Shown: piece after piece, positions 60,990 through 64,000 of the stretch
Layout of the letters: the number at the start of each line of letters is the position of its first letter
How positions within the stretch are numbered: position 1 is the stretch's first letter
Assembly (NCBI GenBank): GCA_963715335.1
Contig: CAVQRZ010000006.1
Coordinates: forward strand, 90,237 to 154,236
DNA: 64,000 nucleotides
Direction of reading: 5' to 3'
Source: an uncultured delta proteobacterium
GTDB taxonomy: Bacteria > Desulfobacterota > Desulfuromonadia > Desulfuromonadales > BM103
Program-made: the position numbers and the translations under genes
The notes under the pieces: generated by a model
Told to the model about the DNA's origin: nothing
Databases searched by the model: none
Seen by the model: only the letters and a program-made list of their open reading frames with translations

Positions 60990-62906
60990 ATGAGCAACTC
61001 AAACCGCTATCACATCATCGGCACAGCCGGACACGTTGACCATGGCAAGACGGTCCTGATCAACAAGCTCACCGGCATCAATACCGACCGCCTCAAGGAA
61101 GAGCAGGAGCGCGGCATTTCGATCGACCTGGGTTTTGCACCCTTCAAGCTGGCCGACGGCAGCATGGTCGGCGTGGTCGACGTGCCTGGCCATGAGAAGT
61201 TCATCCACAACATGCTCGCTGGCATCGGCGGCATCGACCTGGTCCTGCTGGTCGTAGACGTCAACGAGGGAGTCATGCCGCAAACCAGGGAGCACCTGCA
61301 GATCCTGCACCTGCTGCAAATCCCGCGTGGCATCCTGGTCCTGACCAAATGCGACCTGGCCGAAGAAGACTGGATCGATATCGTCGAAGAGGAAGTTCGC
61401 GAGGCCCTGGCCGGGACCTTCCTGGCTGACGCGCCCTGTTGCCGGGTTTCGGCGATCAGGGGTGACGGGATCGACAACCTGCAGCAGACCATCCAGGGGA
61501 TCCTGAAAGAGCTGCCGCCACGAGACGAGGACGGGCCGACCCGCCTGCCGATCGACCGGCACTTCACGATCAGCGGGTTCGGCACCGTGGTCACCGGCAC
61601 CCTGCTTTCAGGGCGCATCAAGGTCGGCGATACCGTCGAAGTCATGCCCCCCGGGGAGACAGTGCGGGTCCGTGAAGTCCAGGTCCACGGCGAAAAAGCC
61701 GAGGTTGCCAGGGCGGGACAGCGCGTCGCCCTGAATCTGGCCGGACTGGAACGGAGCGACCTGGTCCGCGGCGCAGTGGTCGCCACACCGGGCTTCTTCA
61801 CCATGACGGAACGTTTCGACGCCCGCATCAACCTGCTCGCGGAAGCTCCGCGCCCGCTCAAGTTCCGCGACCCGGTCCACCTGCACATGGGGACCGCCAA
61901 GGTGACCGCCAGGGTTGCCCTGCTCGATCGTGACGAAATGAAGCCTGGTGAAAGCGTGCTGGCGCAGATCCACCTCGACAACCCGCTGGTCGCGCATCGC
62001 CAGGATCGCTTTATCATCCGCTCCTATTCACCGATGACCACGATTGGCGGCGGCCAGATTATCGACCCGTCGCCGAAGAAGCACAAACGCTTCCGCGACG
62101 AAGTCATGCAGGCGCTGAAAGAGCTTGAGTCTGGAGAAGGCTCGTTTATCGTCCAGAAGCTTGCCGAACTCGGCTGCGTCAAGCTCAAGGAACTGGAACA
62201 GACCTCGGGGCTGGGCCGCGAGCGCATCTCTGCCTTGCTCGACAGCCTCTCTGCGGCCGACCAGATCCGCCGGATCGGTGATCAGTGGGTCACATCGGAA
62301 ACCGCACGGGCCTGGCAGCGGGCCCTGGTTGAGGTGGTGGACAATCATCACCGTGATTACGCCCTGCAGCCCGGCATGCCGCACGCAACCCTGAAAGCCG
62401 CGTTGCCGGCCAAGGTCGCCCCGAAGGCCTTTGAGGAGCTTCTGTCGGAACTGGTTAAAGATGGTCAACTGGCCCAGCGGGGGGAATGGATCGCGCGCGC
62501 TGATTTTTCACCGAAACCGACAGAAATGCAGGAGCAGCTCCTGAAAAACCTGGAGAAGGTCTACCGGGATGCGGGCGTGGAGGCAAAAGGCCGGGTCGAT
62601 ATGCTGGCCCTGGCCAGGACTCCTGAGAACCAGATCGACTCACTGCTCGCGTTCCTCTTTGCCAACGGCACGCTGATCCGCCTCAACGAAGATTCGTTCA
62701 TGCACAAAGAGGCCTACCAGAGGGCGTTGAACGCTCTCAAGGAACACTTTTCCGGCAACGAGACCCTGACCCTGGCAGAGTTTCGTGACCGGATCGGCAG
62801 CGCCCGCAAACAGACCCAGGCGATTCTGGAGCTGTTCGACAGCCTGAAGTACACCATGCGCAAAGGCGACGAGCGGGTTGCCTGGCAATTACCGAAAGAC
62901 CAGTAG
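60990..62906 (+). CDS. selB: Selenocysteine-specific elongation factor
   Basis: [31 protein letters not shown]-terminal winged helices (FRDRIGSARK). Confidence 0.97.
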   Translation: MSNSNRYHIIGTAGHVDHGKTVLINKLTGINTDRLKEEQERGISIDLGFAPFKLADGSMVGVVDVPGHEKFIHNMLAGIGGIDLVLLVVDVNEGVMPQTREHLQILHLLQIPRGILVLTKCDLAEEDWIDIVEEEVREALAGTFLADAPCCRVSAIRGDGIDNLQQTIQGILKELPPRDEDGPTRLPIDRHFTISGFGTVVTGTLLSGRIKVGDTVEVMPPGETVRVREVQVHGEKAEVARAGQRVALNLAGLERSDLVRGAVVATPGFFTMTERFDARINLLAEAPRPLKFRDPVHLHMGTAKVTARVALLDRDEMKPGESVLAQIHLDNPLVAHRQDRFIIRSYSPMTTIGGGQIIDPSPKKHKRFRDEVMQALKELESGEGSFIVQKLAELGCVKLKELEQTSGLGRERISALLDSLSAADQIRRIGDQWVTSETARAWQRALVEVVDNHHRDYALQPGMPHATLKAALPAKVAPKAFEELLSELVKDGQLAQRGEWIARADFSPKPTEMQEQLLKNLEKVYRDAGVEAKGRVDMLALARTPENQIDSLLAFLFANGTLIRLNEDSFMHKEAYQRALNALKEHFSGNETLTLAEFRDRIGSARKQTQAILELFDSLKYTMRKGDERVAWQLPKDQ

Positions 62907-62967
62907 CGCGTGGCGCGTGGCGCGAAAAACCTTTTTTGGTTTCCTCGCTACTCGCCACGCGCCACTG
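62901..62967. repeat. Inverted heptamer (MGTRGCG) repeat element
   Basis: AGTAGCG-CGTGGCG-CGTGGCG ... CGCTACT-CGCCACG-CGCCACT. Confidence 0.7.
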
Positions 62968-62983
62968 AATTGGAGTGAATGAA

Positions 62984-64000
62984 ATGAGCGTGAAGCTATC
63001 ACACCTGTCCAAAACCAGCGGTTGAGCCGCCAAGATGGCCCCCGGGCCATTGGCGCAGGTGCTGCGCCAGCTGCCGACCGTTGCGGACCCAAACCTCCTG
63101 ACCGCCGCGATCCCCTTTGCCGATGCCGGGGTCTACCGGATCTCGGAGGACTGTGCGCTGGTGCAGTCGGTGGACTTCTTTACGCCGATCGTCGACGATC
63201 CGCGCAGCTATGGCCGGATTGCCGCGGCCAACGCGCTCTCTGACGTTTACGCCATGGGCGGTCGGCCGCTGACGGTCATGAACCTGGTCGGCTTCCCTGC
63301 CTGCCTGGAGCATGAGGTGCTGGTCGAAATCCTCAAGGGCGGGGCTGAGAAGGTCCGGGAAGCCGGTGCGGTGATCGTCGGCGGACACACCGTCGAAGAT
63401 GATGAGCCGAAGTACGGCCTGGCCGTGACCGGCCTGGTCGACCCGGCCAAGCTGGTCACCACGGCCGGCGCCCAACCAGGGGATCTGCTGGTCCTGACCA
63501 AGCCGCTCGGCACCGGCATCCTGGCAACCGCGTTAAAAGGTGAAGTGATCTGTGAAGAGCAGATGGCAGACGCCATCCGCAACATGGAGACGCTGAACAA
63601 AACAGCCTCGGAGATCATGCTGCAGGTCGGCGTCAACGCCTGCACCGACATCACCGGCTTCGGCCTGCTCGGCCATGCTCTGGAACTCGCCGAGGCCAGC
63701 AAAATCGGCCTTGAAATCGACGCTTCAGCCCTGCACATCTACCCGCAGGTCATGGAATTGGCCGCGATCGGTCTGGTCCCGGTCGGCAGCTACCGCAACC
63801 GCGAACACTACCTGCCGAACGTCACCAATCGCGAGCACCTCGCCCCGGAGATCGTCGATATCCTCGCCGATCCGCAGACCTCGGGGGGCCTGTTGATCGT
63901 GGTGTCGGCAGAGAAACTCGAGCAACTCACTACGCGACTCGAAGCAGCCGGTTGCGACGCTTTCGAGATTGGCCGTGTGACTTCAAATCATCCTGGACAA
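62984..64000 (+). CDS. selD: Selenide, water dikinase (selenoprotein; runs off window)
   Basis: MSVKLSHLSKTSG-UGA(63023)-AAKMAP..., DAGVY, VDFFTPIVDDP, ANALSDVYAMGG, TDITGFGLLGH, DPQTSGGLL. Confidence 0.96.

Overview
Chromosomal window of a moderately GC-rich deltaproteobacterium; gene content and order suggest Desulfuromonadales, which is inference. 1-21 kb is the core transcription/translation supercluster on the minus strand: tRNA-Thr/Tyr/Gly/Thr, tuf, rpmG, tRNA-Trp, secE, nusG, rplKAJL, rpoBC, rpsLG, fusA, tuf, rpsJ, rplCDWB. 21-37 kb holds a candidate ~60-nt sRNA, a cobalamin-riboswitch-controlled btuB/F/C/D-type operon, a PPi-type pfk, a nested palindromic ~620-bp element, an rlmB-like methyltransferase, an HD-GYP/diguanylate cyclase pair, pyrF, a DUF4388-like gene, proS and ispG. 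37-64 kb is a selenium cluster (yedF, selC ... selA, selB, selD) split by about 21 kb of molybdoenzyme and nitrate genes. That block contains a sulfite-oxidase-family gene plus cytochrome c, a nitrosative-stress-type cassette, MOSC, moaA, a stand-alone PAS protein, two narK, narCGHJI, mobAB, modEABC and moeA. Main features missed by the ORF track: tRNA-Sec lacks its 3' end and is fused to a headless sulfite oxidase gene; a CxxU AhpD/CMD-like selenoprotein gene lies just before selA; selD has an in-frame UGA; two TTGAC-N4-GTCAA boxes sit at class II activator spacing; and frameshifts cluster densely at 54.1-59.6 kb (decay or sequencing error, undecidable from this sequence).
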